A model generated the notes under the pieces. The model was not told the DNA's origin, searched no databases, and was given only the letters and a program-made list of their open reading frames with translations. DNA of 64,000 nt from an uncultured Rhodobacteraceae bacterium (GTDB taxonomy: Bacteria; Pseudomonadota; Alphaproteobacteria; Rhodobacterales; Rhodobacteraceae). The position numbers were made by a program, and so were the translations under genes. The stretch is from NCBI GenBank assembly GCA_965284435.1, contig OZ260083.1, forward strand, positions 691,168 through 755,167, read 5' to 3'. This document shows, piece by piece, positions 1 through 10,378 of this stretch (its first letter is position 1; each line of letters begins with the position of its first letter).

Positions 1-135
1 CTTCAGCAAAGATGTCTTTCCCACCCCGTTGGTGCCCATCACGCAGGTCACCTCGCCCTTTTGCGCCTGAAGATCGATCCCCTGCAAAATCTGTGATCCG
101 CCATAATGCAGCGTCAGCCCCGTGGTTTTCAGCAT
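1..135 (-). CDS. urtE: urea ABC transporter ATP-binding protein UrtE, first 45 codons only (gene continues beyond window start)
   Basis: Minus-strand translation from ATG 133-135 reads MLKTTGLTLHYGGSQILQGIDLQAQKGEVTCVMGTNGVGKTSLLK (ABC Walker A). It lies 1 nt downstream of the urtD stop, the last position of a urtABCDE operon. Confidence 0.8.
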   Translation of the reverse strand, partial: MLKTTGLTLHYGGSQILQGIDLQAQKGEVTCVMGTNGVGKTSLLK

Positions 136-136
136 C

Positions 137-877
137 TTAGCGCCCCAAATACACATCGATCACGTCAGGATTCTGCGTGACATGGTCCAATGATCCCTCG
201 GCCAGAACCGACCCTTCGTGCAGCACCGTCACCTTGCAGTTCAGCCGCCGCACAAAATCCATGTCATGTTCCACCACCACCACAGCCCGGCTTTTGGCCA
301 GATCCACCAACAGGCGCGTCGTATGCTCGCGCTCGCCCAATGTCATGCCCGCGGCCGGTTCATCCACCAGCAGCAGCTTGGGCTCTTGCGCCAGCAGCAT
401 CCCGATCTCGAGCCATTGTTTTTGCCCGTGGCTCAACTCGCCCGATTTGCGCAACACCTGATCGGCCAGACCCACCTCGGCGGCCAGCGCCTGCACGCGG
501 TCGCGGTCTGCTTGGCTCTCGCGCCAAAAAAGCACCGCAAAAGGCCCCCGTTTGGCCTTCAGCGCCATGGTCAGGTTTTCCGCCACGCTTTGGTCTTCAA
601 ACACCGTGGGCCGCTGAAACTTGCGCCCGATCCCGATCCGCGCAATCTGCGCCTCGGTCATTTTCAGCAGGTTCGTGCCGCTTTCGCCAAAAGACACAGA
701 TCCCGCGTCGGGCTTGGTCTTGCCCGTCACGATGTCCATGAAGGTGGTTTTTCCCGCACCATTCGGCCCGATCACCGCGCGCAATTCGCCCGCGCCAATG
801 ACGAAGGACAGGTTGTTGATGGCCCGAAACCCATCAAAGGATACCGATACGCCCTGCACCTCCAAAAGCGTGCTCAT
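137..877 (-). CDS. urtD: urea ABC transporter ATP-binding protein UrtD
   Basis: 246-aa ORF with Walker A GPNGAGKTT, an LSHGQKQWLEIG signature and a DEPAAGM Walker B (LivG-like). Synteny with urtC/urtB/urtA. Confidence 0.88.
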   Translation of the reverse strand: MSTLLEVQGVSVSFDGFRAINNLSFVIGAGELRAVIGPNGAGKTTFMDIVTGKTKPDAGSVSFGESGTNLLKMTEAQIARIGIGRKFQRPTVFEDQSVAENLTMALKAKRGPFAVLFWRESQADRDRVQALAAEVGLADQVLRKSGELSHGQKQWLEIGMLLAQEPKLLLVDEPAAGMTLGEREHTTRLLVDLAKSRAVVVVEHDMDFVRRLNCKVTVLHEGSVLAEGSLDHVTQNPDVIDVYLGR

Positions 878-2112
878 TCGCGGCCCTCCCGTTCCATCAA
901 GGCGCCATCATCCGGGCCCAGCGCCGCCCCCTTGCGGTCTGGGGTGCGCACCTTTGCCAGCAGATCGAAAATCCCGCCAATTCCCTTGGGGGCCAGCAGC
1001 GTCACGGCCACAAACGACAGGCCCAGCAGAACCGTCCACCAATCCACCCAGTCGATCACCGCAAACCCCAGATTCACCGACGGCACCCGTCCCCCCGTAA
1101 ACGCGCTTGACAGCAGGGATACAAACGCGGCCCCGATGACCGCCCCATACATCCGCCCGCGCCCGCCGATCGCCACCCAGACCGCCAGATAGATGGATGC
1201 GATCGGCGCCAACTCTGCCGGATTGATGATCCCGGCCTGCGGGTAATACAGCGCCCCCGCCACGGCCGCGATAACGGCTGTCAGCACAAACAGGAAAAGC
1301 TTGTACCCTTCGACGGAATACCCCAAAAACCGCACCCGCGCCTCGTCATCCCGAATGGCGCGGATGACAGACCCGAACTTTCCCGACACCACGAACCGGA
1401 TGACGATATAGCCCAAGGCCAAAGCCGCACCTGATGCCCAAAAGAACCAGATCGACAGCCGATCTTGCCCCACCCCGCCCAGACCCGGCAGGTTCTGCAA
1501 GCCTGACAATCCGTTGTTGCCCCGCAGCCCGCTTTCGTTCTGAAACAGATACAACGCCAGCGCCAACGTCATGGCCTGTGTCAGGATTGACAGGTACACC
1601 CCCGTCACCCGGGCCCGAAACGCCAACCAGCCAAACACCAATGCCAACAATCCCGGGACCAGAACCACCAGCGCCATTTGCAGCGGAAAAGACCCTGCAA
1701 AGGCCCAAATCACCGGAATATCCGATCCGCCCACCACGCCAAAGATCTGCGTGCCAACGCCTTGGGCAATTTCCTCGGCCGTGGGCGGCAGCGGCGAATT
1801 GGCCAAAGAGGCGATCACGATTTCCTCGGTCCGCGCATACATCAGCCACATGCCAACCATGTATCCGCCCAACGCGAAAAACGCCATGTGACCCAACGAC
1901 AGGATTCCGGCATAGCCCCAGATCAGATCCATCGCCAAGGCGACAAGGCACAGGCACATCGTCTTGCCCAGCGTCTTGACAAAAGACGTCGACATCACCC
2001 CCATCCCCGATCCTTCGGCCAGCAGGCTGACCCCCAGAACAAAGGCCGCCAGCGCCAGCAGAAAGATCGCCGTGCTTGGCCTGCGCCGCAGCGCCTGTAA
2101 CATGCGCCCCAT
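874..2112 (-). CDS. urtC: urea ABC transporter permease UrtC
   Basis: 412-aa multi-TM LivM-like permease ORF. 4-nt overlap with the urtD start; follows urtB. Confidence 0.85.
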   Translation of the reverse strand: MGRMLQALRRRPSTAIFLLALAAFVLGVSLLAEGSGMGVMSTSFVKTLGKTMCLCLVALAMDLIWGYAGILSLGHMAFFALGGYMVGMWLMYARTEEIVIASLANSPLPPTAEEIAQGVGTQIFGVVGGSDIPVIWAFAGSFPLQMALVVLVPGLLALVFGWLAFRARVTGVYLSILTQAMTLALALYLFQNESGLRGNNGLSGLQNLPGLGGVGQDRLSIWFFWASGAALALGYIVIRFVVSGKFGSVIRAIRDDEARVRFLGYSVEGYKLFLFVLTAVIAAVAGALYYPQAGIINPAELAPIASIYLAVWVAIGGRGRMYGAVIGAAFVSLLSSAFTGGRVPSVNLGFAVIDWVDWWTVLLGLSFVAVTLLAPKGIGGIFDLLAKVRTPDRKGAALGPDDGALMEREGRE

Positions 2113-2115
2113 GGC

Positions 2116-4077
2116 TTAATCCCCCGCCGCCCGGCCCTTCAGGGCAATGATGCCCCTTGGCCGAAATTGAATGAACAAGATGATGAACAAGATCATATAG
2201 GTCTGGGCCGCCAGCGTGTTCGACGGGTTCAACCACTCGATCACCTTTTGCAGTCCGCCAATCATCGCCGCCCCCGCCAGCGTGCCCCAGATGTTGCCCA
2301 CACCGCCGACAACCACCGTCATAAAGCTTTGCACGATGTAATCATTGCCCAGCTCTGACGTGACCTTGGCAAACAGGCCAATGGCCACCCCGGCGATGCC
2401 CGCAATCCCCGACCCCAACCCAAAGGTCAGCATGTTGATGCGGTCCGGATTGATGCCCATGCTGGCCGCCATCGACGGGTTTTGTGTGACGGCCCGCACA
2501 TCAAGGCCCAGCCGCGTGCGTTTCATCAACCACAAGAAAAACGCCAGAAACACCAGTGCCAACACAAAGATCGCGATGCGGATGTAACTGACCTGAATGA
2601 CATCCGTCACGCTCCACGCACCGTCAAGCCAGGCCGGTGCGGTCAAGGGGCGGGCCTGGGTGCCAAAGATGTTCTTGGCCAGTTGTTGCAAGGTGATTGA
2701 AATCCCGAACGTCGCCAAAAGCGTCTCTAACGGGCGTTTATACAGGTGTCGGATCACCAACCGCTCCATCGCGACACCCGCCGCGAAGGTCACCGCAAAG
2801 GCCATCGGCAGGGCGACGATCAAGGAAAGGGTGTAATTTGTGATCCACAGTTGCACCACGTAACCGGTATAGGCGCCCATCATGATGAACTCGCCATGCG
2901 CCATGTTGATCACCCCCATCACCCCAAAGGTGATGGCCAGCCCGATGGCCGCCAAAAAGAAGATCGAGGCGAGCGACAGCGCATCCAACCCCAAATCCAC
3001 CGCCTGCTGCAAGCCAACCTGCGTTTCAATGGCCCCCATTGCCCGCGCGGCCGCATCGGTAATCGTCTTATCCGGTTCGGCATAGGCCTCAAAGAACACA
3101 TGGGCCGCCAAGGCCGCGGTGGCCTCGTCGTCCGTGGCCGCCATCGGCACCAGACCGGCGTCTTCCAGCGCCGTATAGGCCCGGTCACGACCGCCTTGCG
3201 TGCCCAGATCAGTCAGGGCGATACCCGCAACCGCCCCATCCTTCAAATTCGCCACCAAGGCCGCGCGCTGCTCCTCGGCGGTCAACCGCGCCGGGGCCAA
3301 CCCTGCCGTCACCAAAAGATCATAAGCCTCGATCTTGGTCAGATCGCGCCCCGGCACCAGTTTGCGCGCCAAATTCACATCCTGCGGCACGGCCCCCGCC
3401 GCCGCGCCCCGCGTCACCGCCAGAAGGGGGTTCAGCGCCGCCCGCAGTTCAAGACCGGTTTCCGCTTGAAACCCGTCAATGGCCGCCACGCGTGCCGCCG
3501 GGTCCGGATCAAACTGCAAGGTCAAGATTCGTTCCAGCCTGATCTTGCGCGCCTTCAACTCCGGGTCGGTTTCCGTCTCTATGCTGGCCCGAATGGGGCC
3601 CAGATGGCTGGCCTCTGGCGCGGCCGAAATTGACGCCACCGCGGCCACCCGCCGCGTCAGATCCGGATCTGACAGCGTGAACTGCACCAGCGCGGCCGAT
3701 ATCAGCCCCCGCACCCCGGCATTGGGTTTCATCTCTGAAATCTCGCCTTTTGTGGCCGTTCCGGCCGCTGCACCCGTCAAATCGGTCAGGGCAAATCCGG
3801 CCGCATCCGGGGCCAGCAGGAAAAAGGCCTTATCGGCCTTGCGCTGCCCCAGTCTCTTGGCGCCCCAGGCCTCCAGAAACGAGGCCACCATCGGATCGCC
3901 CGTTGCCGCCAGCGCATCAATCACCGGCCCGATCGTCTGCCGCGATGGCTTTTCAATCGCGGCTGCATGGGTTGTCACGGCCTCGGCCAGCGTCTCCGCC
4001 CACAGCGGCATGGCCGCAAGAATCGTTACAAACAGGCCAAAAACGAACCGTTTCACCAGCAAAGCCCCCCTTTTCAA
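2116..4077 (-). CDS. urtB: urea ABC transporter permease UrtB with a long N-terminal periplasmic-looking extension
   Basis: 653-aa ORF. The C-terminal ~300 aa are LivH-like permease (GVINMAHGEF...). The N-terminal ~340 aa follow a signal-like MKRGALLVKRFVFGLFVTILAAMPLWA and are Ala/Asp-rich helical repeats. Confidence 0.85.
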   Translation of the reverse strand: MKRGALLVKRFVFGLFVTILAAMPLWAETLAEAVTTHAAAIEKPSRQTIGPVIDALAATGDPMVASFLEAWGAKRLGQRKADKAFFLLAPDAAGFALTDLTGAAAGTATKGEISEMKPNAGVRGLISAALVQFTLSDPDLTRRVAAVASISAAPEASHLGPIRASIETETDPELKARKIRLERILTLQFDPDPAARVAAIDGFQAETGLELRAALNPLLAVTRGAAAGAVPQDVNLARKLVPGRDLTKIEAYDLLVTAGLAPARLTAEEQRAALVANLKDGAVAGIALTDLGTQGGRDRAYTALEDAGLVPMAATDDEATAALAAHVFFEAYAEPDKTITDAAARAMGAIETQVGLQQAVDLGLDALSLASIFFLAAIGLAITFGVMGVINMAHGEFIMMGAYTGYVVQLWITNYTLSLIVALPMAFAVTFAAGVAMERLVIRHLYKRPLETLLATFGISITLQQLAKNIFGTQARPLTAPAWLDGAWSVTDVIQVSYIRIAIFVLALVFLAFFLWLMKRTRLGLDVRAVTQNPSMAASMGINPDRINMLTFGLGSGIAGIAGVAIGLFAKVTSELGNDYIVQSFMTVVVGGVGNIWGTLAGAAMIGGLQKVIEWLNPSNTLAAQTYMILFIILFIQFRPRGIIALKGRAAGD

Positions 4078-4128
4078 AACAAGGGGGCGTTGCCGCCCCC
4101 TTGACGCAATCTTCTGCTCGAAGGTGCC

Positions 4129-5424
4129 TTAGTAGTTTGATGTCAGCTGAACGCAGGTTTTGGTTTCAGTGTTGTACATACCGCATTTCAGATCTTTCCA
4201 GTCGGCTTCCAGAACCGCTGATTCCGGCAGGAAATCGGTCCAGGCGTCGCCCGGTACCGGATCTGTCTGGCTGATGATGTCGAACTGGCCATCGGCCCGG
4301 ATCTCGCCGATCAGCACCGGTTTGGTCAGATGGTGGTTCGGCAGCATCTCGGCCATCCCGCCGGTCAGGTTCGGGAACGTCTGCCCGATCATCGCATCCG
4401 ATACGGCATCCACAGCGGTGGTTCCGGCGGCGGTCACCGCGTTCACCCACATGTTGAACCCGATGTAATGCGCTTCCATCGGGTCATTTGTGACGCGCTT
4501 GTCATCTTTGATAAAGGCCTTCCAAGCGGCAATGAAGGCCGTGTTTTCGGGCGATTCCGCCGACATGAAATAGTTCCAGGCGGCCAGATGTCCGACCAGA
4601 TTCGATGTGTCCAGACCCGAAAGCTCTTCTTCGCCCACCGAAAACGCAACAACCGGAAGCGTATCAGCCGACACCCCGGCAGCCGCCAGTTCCTTGTAAA
4701 AGCCGATGTTCGCGTCGCCGTTGATCGTGGAAATGACGCCCACTTTCTTGCCATCCGCCCCCAGTGCCACCACATCGCCCACGATCTTGGACCAGTCGGA
4801 ATGGCCAAACGGGGTGTAGTTGACAAAGATGTCTTCCTTGGCGATCCCCTTGGAAATCAAATAGGATTCCAAGATGTTGTTGGTCGTGCGCGGATAGACG
4901 TAATCGGTCCCCAACAAGGCAAACTTCTGCACACCCAGTTCGTTCAAATAGTAATCCACGGCCGGAATGGCCTGCTGGTTCGGGGCCGCCCCGGTATAGA
5001 ACACGTTCTTCGACGATTCTTCGCCTTCGTATTGAACCGGATAGAACAGCAGCCCGTTCAGCTCTTCGATCACGGGCAGAACCGATTTGCGCGACACCGA
5101 CGTCCAGCACCCGAACATCACATCAACCTTGTCGACCGTCAGCAGTTCGCGGGCCTTTTCGGCAAACAGCGGCCAGTCAGAGGCGGGGTCAACCACGACA
5201 GCCTCCAGTTGGCGCCCCAAGATCCCGCCTTTTGCGTTTTGCTGTTCGATCAGCATCAGCATCGTGTCTTTCAACGTGGTTTCCGAAATCGCCATCGTCC
5301 CCGAAAGGGAGTGCAACACACCAACCTTGATCGGCCCATCCTGGGCCAAGGCAAGGCGTGGCAACGCGGCCGAGGCCAATCCAGCGCTGGCGCTGGCCAG
5401 AAGCATACGACGTGTCAGTTTCAT
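4129..5424 (-). CDS. urtA: urea ABC transporter substrate-binding protein UrtA
   Basis: ORF 4129..5631 trimmed to ATG 5424 (codon 70), which gives the signal peptide MKLTRRMLLASASAGLASAALPRLALAQ. LivK/amide-urea binding protein-like body; first gene of the urt operon, divergent from ureD. Confidence 0.88.
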   Translation of the reverse strand: MKLTRRMLLASASAGLASAALPRLALAQDGPIKVGVLHSLSGTMAISETTLKDTMLMLIEQQNAKGGILGRQLEAVVVDPASDWPLFAEKARELLTVDKVDVMFGCWTSVSRKSVLPVIEELNGLLFYPVQYEGEESSKNVFYTGAAPNQQAIPAVDYYLNELGVQKFALLGTDYVYPRTTNNILESYLISKGIAKEDIFVNYTPFGHSDWSKIVGDVVALGADGKKVGVISTINGDANIGFYKELAAAGVSADTLPVVAFSVGEEELSGLDTSNLVGHLAAWNYFMSAESPENTAFIAAWKAFIKDDKRVTNDPMEAHYIGFNMWVNAVTAAGTTAVDAVSDAMIGQTFPNLTGGMAEMLPNHHLTKPVLIGEIRADGQFDIISQTDPVPGDAWTDFLPESAVLEADWKDLKCGMYNTETKTCVQLTSNY

Positions 5425-5864
5425 CTTCGTCCCTTTCTTCGGTTGGTCCGGGGGTCCCCGTCCACCTTGCTTGTGTCTTTTCCCTATGGCCTTGCCCTGC
5501 GGCGCGACCCGTCTTTTGTTCAAGGGTCGATGACCCCGCCATCGAACGCTGCCGAAGGAAATCCCCTGCCGTAAACTCCGCTCGCCGCATTGCAGCAAAG
5601 GTTTCCGCGCCTGCATGGTTTTTGGGCGCATTTTCCGCTGCGCGCGCAGAAAATTGGCGGGGGATAAGAACGCATTGCGGGCGCAAAGCGGGAATCACGG
5701 TTTCGGGCCGCGCGCTGCATGCGTTCAAATGGCGCACAACAAACAGGCAACAGGCGCAAAAAACGGGCATTATTGGCCAAAAACGGCGGTGTTGTGCCGC
5801 TTTTCGCTGTGTCCAGATGCCTCTGGCGGCGCCAAGGTTCATTGCTTGCCTCAAAGCCGAGGGA

Positions 5865-6701
5865 ATGATGATTCAAGGATCCATCGCAGCGATGCAGCGT
5901 TCAAAGGGGGCCGCTTCCCTGTCCTTTGGCCTGCGCGATGGCCGGGCGGTGCTGGCCGATCTGGCGCAATCGGGGTCGGCCCGCGCCATGCTGCCCCGCA
6001 CCTTTTCTGACCGGCCAGAGGTGGTTTTTCTGAACACTTCGGGTGGTTTGGCCTCGGGCGATCGCCTGTCGTATGGGCTGACGCTGGCCGGCGGGGCGGC
6101 CTTGGCCACAACGCAAACCGCCGAACGCGCTTATCTGTGCCGCGACGGCGCTGCCCATGTTCAGGTGCGTGCACAGGTGGGGGCCGGGGGGCGGCTGGAT
6201 TGGCTGCCACAAGAAACCATCCTTTTCGAAGATTGCTTTCTTGACCGCGATACCCAGATTGATCTGGCCCCGGGCGCCTCGTGCCTGATGTGCGAAATCA
6301 CCGTTCTGGGCCGCCGTGCCATGGGCGAACATCCCGCCCGTGCCCGCCTGCGCGACCGCCGCATGGTAACGCTGGGCGGGCGCCCCTTGTGGGCCGAAAC
6401 AGTCTCTATCAACGCGCAAACGCTGGCAGACGCCGCCCATCCGGCGCTTTTGGGCGGGCATATCGCCTTTGCCGTTCTGGCCCTTTTGGGCGCCGGGGCC
6501 GAAGCCGCCGCAGACGGTCTGCGCGGTCTTCCGGCCCTTCCCGGCGTGCACGCCGCCGCCTCAGGTTGGAATGGCCGCACCCTCCTGAGGCTGACCGCGC
6601 CCGATGTTTGGCCCCTCAAACAGGCCCTCGGGGCCGCCATCGCTCATCTGACCACCAGAGCGCTGCCGCGCGTCTGGCAAATGCAAGGGATCACCGCATG
6701 A
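5865..6701 (+). CDS. ureD: urease accessory protein UreD
   Basis: ORF 5358..6701 trimmed to ATG 5865 ([22 protein letters not shown]...[12 protein letters not shown]...[12 protein letters not shown]), UreD/UreH-like, 278 aa. Its stop overlaps the ureA ATG (ATGA). An alternative start at 5892 is possible. Confidence 0.82.
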   Translation: MMIQGSIAAMQRSKGAASLSFGLRDGRAVLADLAQSGSARAMLPRTFSDRPEVVFLNTSGGLASGDRLSYGLTLAGGAALATTQTAERAYLCRDGAAHVQVRAQVGAGGRLDWLPQETILFEDCFLDRDTQIDLAPGASCLMCEITVLGRRAMGEHPARARLRDRRMVTLGGRPLWAETVSINAQTLADAAHPALLGGHIAFAVLALLGAGAEAAADGLRGLPALPGVHAAASGWNGRTLLRLTAPDVWPLKQALGAAIAHLTTRALPRVWQMQGITA

Positions 6702-7000
6702 ACCTTACCCCCCGCGAACGCGAAAAACTGCTGATCAGCCTTGCGGCGATGGTGGCCCGGGGCCGTCTGGCCCGCGGCGTCAAGCTGAACCACCCCGAGG
6801 CGATTGCCCTGATCACCGATTTCGTCGTGGAAGGCGCCCGCGATGGCCGCACCGTGTCTGATCTGATGCAGGCCGGCGGCCATGTCATCACCGCCGATCA
6901 ATGCATGCCCGGCGTGCCCGAAATGATTCATTCGGTTCAAGTCGAAGCCACCTTTCCCGACGGCACGAAACTCGTGACCGTTCACCACCCGATCCGCTGA
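6698..7000 (+). CDS. ureA: urease subunit gamma UreA
   Basis: 100-aa reading [57 protein letters not shown]..., the canonical UreA sequence. Coordinates derived from ORF 6281..7000. Confidence 0.95.
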   Translation: MNLTPREREKLLISLAAMVARGRLARGVKLNHPEAIALITDFVVEGARDGRTVSDLMQAGGHVITADQCMPGVPEMIHSVQVEATFPDGTKLVTVHHPIR

Positions 7001-7012
7001 AAGGCCCCCGTC

Positions 7013-7189
7013 ATGAAACGCATCCTCTGCCTTTTGCTGCTGGCCCCCTCTGCCGCGCTCGCCCATCCCGGCGATCACAGCCACGCGGGCGTCCTGCACC
7101 TGCTCACCGAACCCGATCACCTTGCGATGATCGGCCTGGGTGTCGCCATTGTGGCCTATGCCGCCATCAAACTTCGGTCACGCCCATGA
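7013..7189 (+). CDS. 58-codon ORF between ureA and ureB: signal peptide + His-rich segment + one TM, resembling the N-terminus of HupE/UreJ nickel permeases
   Basis: Read directly from the sequence (too short for the ORF track): [58 protein letters not shown]. The ATG is 13 nt after the ureA stop, and the TGA overlaps the ureB ATG (ATGA at 7186-7189). Confidence 0.5.
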   Translation: MKRILCLLLLAPSAALAHPGDHSHAGVLHLLTEPDHLAMIGLGVAIVAYAAIKLRSRP

Positions 7190-7491
7190 TCCCCGGCGAG
7201 ATTTTCACCGCCCCCGGCGCGATCGAACTGAACGCGGGCCTGCCCGTGACCGTGCTGATGGTCGCCAACACCGGTGACCGCCCGGTGCAGGTGGGCAGCC
7301 ACTATCACTTTGCCGAAACCAACCCCGGCCTGTCGTTTGATCGGGCCGCCGCGCGCGGCCGGCGTCTGGATATCGCCGCCGGGACTGCCGTGCGTTTTGA
7401 ACCCGGCCAAACCCGCGAGGTGCGCCTTGTGCCCTATCAAGGCGCGCGCCGTGTCTTCGGGTTCAACGCCCAAGTGATGGGAGAGTTATAA
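7186..7491 (+). CDS. ureB: urease subunit beta UreB
   Basis: ORF 6901..7491 trimmed to codon 96: [53 protein letters not shown]..., canonical UreB. Confidence 0.95.
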   Translation: MIPGEIFTAPGAIELNAGLPVTVLMVANTGDRPVQVGSHYHFAETNPGLSFDRAAARGRRLDIAAGTAVRFEPGQTREVRLVPYQGARRVFGFNAQVMGEL

Positions 7492-7492
7492 G

Positions 7493-9202
7493 ATGGCCAC
7501 CCGCATCTCGCGCCCCGATTATGCCGCCATGTATGGCCCCACCACGGGCGACCGCGTTCGCCTTGGCGATACCGACATCATCATCGAGGTCGAACGTGAC
7601 CTGACAACCTACGGCGACGAGGTGAAATTCGGCGGCGGCAAAGTCATCCGCGATGGCATGGGACAAAGCCAGATTTCCCGTGCCGGGGGCGCGGTGGATA
7701 CCGTGATCACCAACGCGCTGATCTTGGATCACACCGGGATTTACAAGGCTGACGTTGGCCTGCGCGGCGGGTTGATCCACGCCATCGGCAAGGCCGGCAA
7801 CCCCGATACCCAATCCGGCGTCACCATCATCATCGGCCCCGGCACAGAGGTGATCGCAGGCGAAGGCAAAATCCTGACTGCGGGCGGGTTTGATGCCCAT
7901 ATCCACTTCATCGCCCCCGGTCAGATCGAAGATGCGCTGCATTCGGGCATCACCACCTTGCTGGGCGGCGGCACCGGCCCGGCCCATGGCACGCTGGCCA
8001 CCACCTGCACGCCCGGTCCTTGGCATCTGGGCCGCATGTTGCAGGCGCTGGATGCTTTCCCCATCAACTTTGGTCTGTCGGCCAAAGGCAATGCCTCCCA
8101 GCCCGAAGCCTTGGTCGAGATGATCAACGCCGGGGCTTGCGCGCTGAAACTGCACGAAGACTGGGGCACCACCCCCGCCGCCATTGATTGCTGCCTGACG
8201 GTGGCCGATGCGATGGATGTGCAGGTGATGATCCATACCGACACGCTGAACGAAAGCGGCTTTGTCGAAAACACTCTGGCCGCCATCGCAGGCCGCACCA
8301 TTCACGCCTTTCACACCGAAGGTGCCGGCGGCGGCCACGCGCCTGACATCATGCGCGTTGTCTCCAACCCCAACGTCATTCCGTCCTCCACCAACCCCAC
8401 CATGCCCTACACCGTGAACACGATCGAGGAACACCTCGATATGCTCATGGTCTGTCACCACCTTGATCGCGCCATCCCCGAAGATGTCGCCTTCGCCGAA
8501 AGCCGCATCCGCCGCGAAACCATCGCGGCCGAAGATATCCTGCACGACATGGGCGCGTTTTCGATCCTGTCGTCAGACAGTCAGGCCATGGGCCGCGTCG
8601 GAGAGGTCATCACCCGCACCTGGCAGACCGCCCACAAGATGAAACAGCAGCGCGGACGCTTAGCCGAAGAACAGGGCGACAACGACAATATGCGGGCACG
8701 CCGCTATGTGGCCAAATACACGATCAATCCGGCCATCGCCCAAGGCATGTCGCGCCACATTGGCAGCATCGAGGTGGGCAAACGCGCCGATCTGGTGCTG
8801 TGGTGGCCGGCCTTCTTTGGGGCCAAGCCGGAAATGGTTCTGGTCGGCGGCACCATCGCCTGCGCTCAGATGGGCGATACCAATGCCTCCATCCCCACCC
8901 CTCAGCCGGTCTATTCGCGCCCGATGTTCGGCGCCTATGGCCGCGCGCTGGAACAAGGTTCGGTCCTTTTCGTCTCTGGTGCGGCGCAATCGGGCAGCCT
9001 GCGCGCAGACCTTGGGCTGCACAAACAGACCTTGGCCGTCGAAAACACCCGCACCATCGGCAAGGCCAGCATGAAACTGAACGACGCCATGCCCCAGATC
9101 GACGTGCACCCCGAAACCTACGAAGTGCGCGCCAATGGCGAGCTTTTGACCTGCGCCCCCGCGGCAGAGCTTCCGCTCGCGCAGCGCTACTTCCTGTACT
9201 AA
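7493..9202 (+). CDS. ureC: urease subunit alpha UreC
   Basis: 569-aa ORF with urease alpha motifs ([36 protein letters not shown]). Confidence 0.97.
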   Translation: MATRISRPDYAAMYGPTTGDRVRLGDTDIIIEVERDLTTYGDEVKFGGGKVIRDGMGQSQISRAGGAVDTVITNALILDHTGIYKADVGLRGGLIHAIGKAGNPDTQSGVTIIIGPGTEVIAGEGKILTAGGFDAHIHFIAPGQIEDALHSGITTLLGGGTGPAHGTLATTCTPGPWHLGRMLQALDAFPINFGLSAKGNASQPEALVEMINAGACALKLHEDWGTTPAAIDCCLTVADAMDVQVMIHTDTLNESGFVENTLAAIAGRTIHAFHTEGAGGGHAPDIMRVVSNPNVIPSSTNPTMPYTVNTIEEHLDMLMVCHHLDRAIPEDVAFAESRIRRETIAAEDILHDMGAFSILSSDSQAMGRVGEVITRTWQTAHKMKQQRGRLAEEQGDNDNMRARRYVAKYTINPAIAQGMSRHIGSIEVGKRADLVLWWPAFFGAKPEMVLVGGTIACAQMGDTNASIPTPQPVYSRPMFGAYGRALEQGSVLFVSGAAQSGSLRADLGLHKQTLAVENTRTIGKASMKLNDAMPQIDVHPETYEVRANGELLTCAPAAELPLAQRYFLY

Positions 9203-9267
9203 GGCGCGGCAAACACACAGAACCCGCCGCTCAACCGTCCTTCGAAGAAACCCAAAAGGCCCCGCGC

Positions 9268-9744
9268 ATGCCCTTTCCGCTTCCCGCCCGCACATTGCTT
9301 CGCAAAGGCACCTGGACAGGCCCCGCCGCTGCCCTTGTCACCTTGAACTATGATGAACGCCTGATGCGCCGCAAAAGGCTCGACACCACCTCAGGCCCCT
9401 TGATGGTGGATTTGGCCGAAACCATCAGCCTTGATCCCGGCGACGCGCTGCAAACAGATGACGGGCGGCTGGTCGAAATCGCGGCCGCCGATGAACCCGT
9501 GGTGCATGTGCGCGGCGATCTTCCGCGTCTGGCCTGGCATATCGGCAACCGCCACACCCCCTGCCAGATCGCCGCCGCCCACCTCATCATTCGGCAAGAT
9601 CATGTGCTGGAATCGATGTTGGCCCAGCTTGGCGCAGAGCTGACCCATGTCTTTGCGCCCTTCCGCCCCGAAGGCGGCGCCTATGGCCATGGGCGCACCT
9701 TTGGCCATGATCACGGCCCCAACGGGTTCTCGCTTCATGGATGA
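9268..9744 (+). CDS. ureE: urease accessory protein UreE
   Basis: ORF 8800..9744 trimmed to codon 157 (MPFPLPARTLLRKGTW...LAWHIGNRHTPCQI...). UreE-like with a short His-containing tail (GHGRTFGHDHG). Positioned between ureC and ureF. Confidence 0.8.
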   Translation: MPFPLPARTLLRKGTWTGPAAALVTLNYDERLMRRKRLDTTSGPLMVDLAETISLDPGDALQTDDGRLVEIAAADEPVVHVRGDLPRLAWHIGNRHTPCQIAAAHLIIRQDHVLESMLAQLGAELTHVFAPFRPEGGAYGHGRTFGHDHGPNGFSLHG

Positions 9745-10378
9745 TCTGTCCGCTGACCGCCTGCATCTGTCGCAGCTGCTGTCACCCGCCTTTCCCATCG
9801 GCAGCTTTGCCCATTCCCAAGGTCTGGAAAGCGCCATTGACGAAGGTTTGGTCACCGGCGCCGCTGCCTTGCAAGATTGGATCTCGGCCGTGCTCACCTA
9901 TGGCTCAGGGCATCTGGATGCGGTGTTTCTGTCTCTAACCCGCCAAAACACCCTGCCCCTTGCCGACCTGACAGACCTGTACCACGCCCTGTGCTCGTCC
10001 GCCGAACGGGCGCAAGAGGCGGATGAACTGGGTCAAGGCTTTGGCGCACTTTTGGCCGCCATGGGCCGCCCGCAGCCGCCTTTGCCCTATGTGCTCGCCC
10101 TTGGCCTTGCCACCCGTTCCCTTGCGCTGCCCACCCAAGATGTCTTGGCGCTTTATTTGCAAACGCTCTGCGTGCAGTTGATCTCGGTTGCCGTGCGCTT
10201 CATGCCCTTGGGTCAGGCGCAGGGCCAGATCATTTTGGCGGCCCTCACCCCGCAGATCAGCGCCCTCGCCGCGCGGTTGGCACAGGCAACGCCAGACGAT
10301 CTGCACAGCTTTACCCCCGGGGCCGACATGGCCTCGATGCGGCACGAAACCCAAACCGTCAGGATTTTCCGCACATGA
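9737..10378 (+). CDS. ureF: urease accessory protein UreF
   Basis: ORF 9647..10378 trimmed to [31 protein letters not shown] (UreF N-terminal motif). 8-nt overlap with ureE; the stop overlaps the ureG start. Confidence 0.85.
   Translation: MDDLSADRLHLSQLLSPAFPIGSFAHSQGLESAIDEGLVTGAAALQDWISAVLTYGSGHLDAVFLSLTRQNTLPLADLTDLYHALCSSAERAQEADELGQGFGALLAAMGRPQPPLPYVLALGLATRSLALPTQDVLALYLQTLCVQLISVAVRFMPLGQAQGQIILAALTPQISALAARLAQATPDDLHSFTPGADMASMRHETQTVRIFRT

Noticed and set aside
5425-5864. 440-bp urtA-ureD divergent region scanned for sigma54 (TGGCAC-N5-TTGC) and NtrC-type sites. Noted a 12-bp GC palindrome CTGCGCGCGCAG (5638-5649) flanked by ATTTTC/GAAAAT.
   Set aside because: No correctly spaced -24/-12 element was found on either strand. 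The flanking A/T arms are not symmetric about the palindrome centre, so I cannot support a specific regulatory call.
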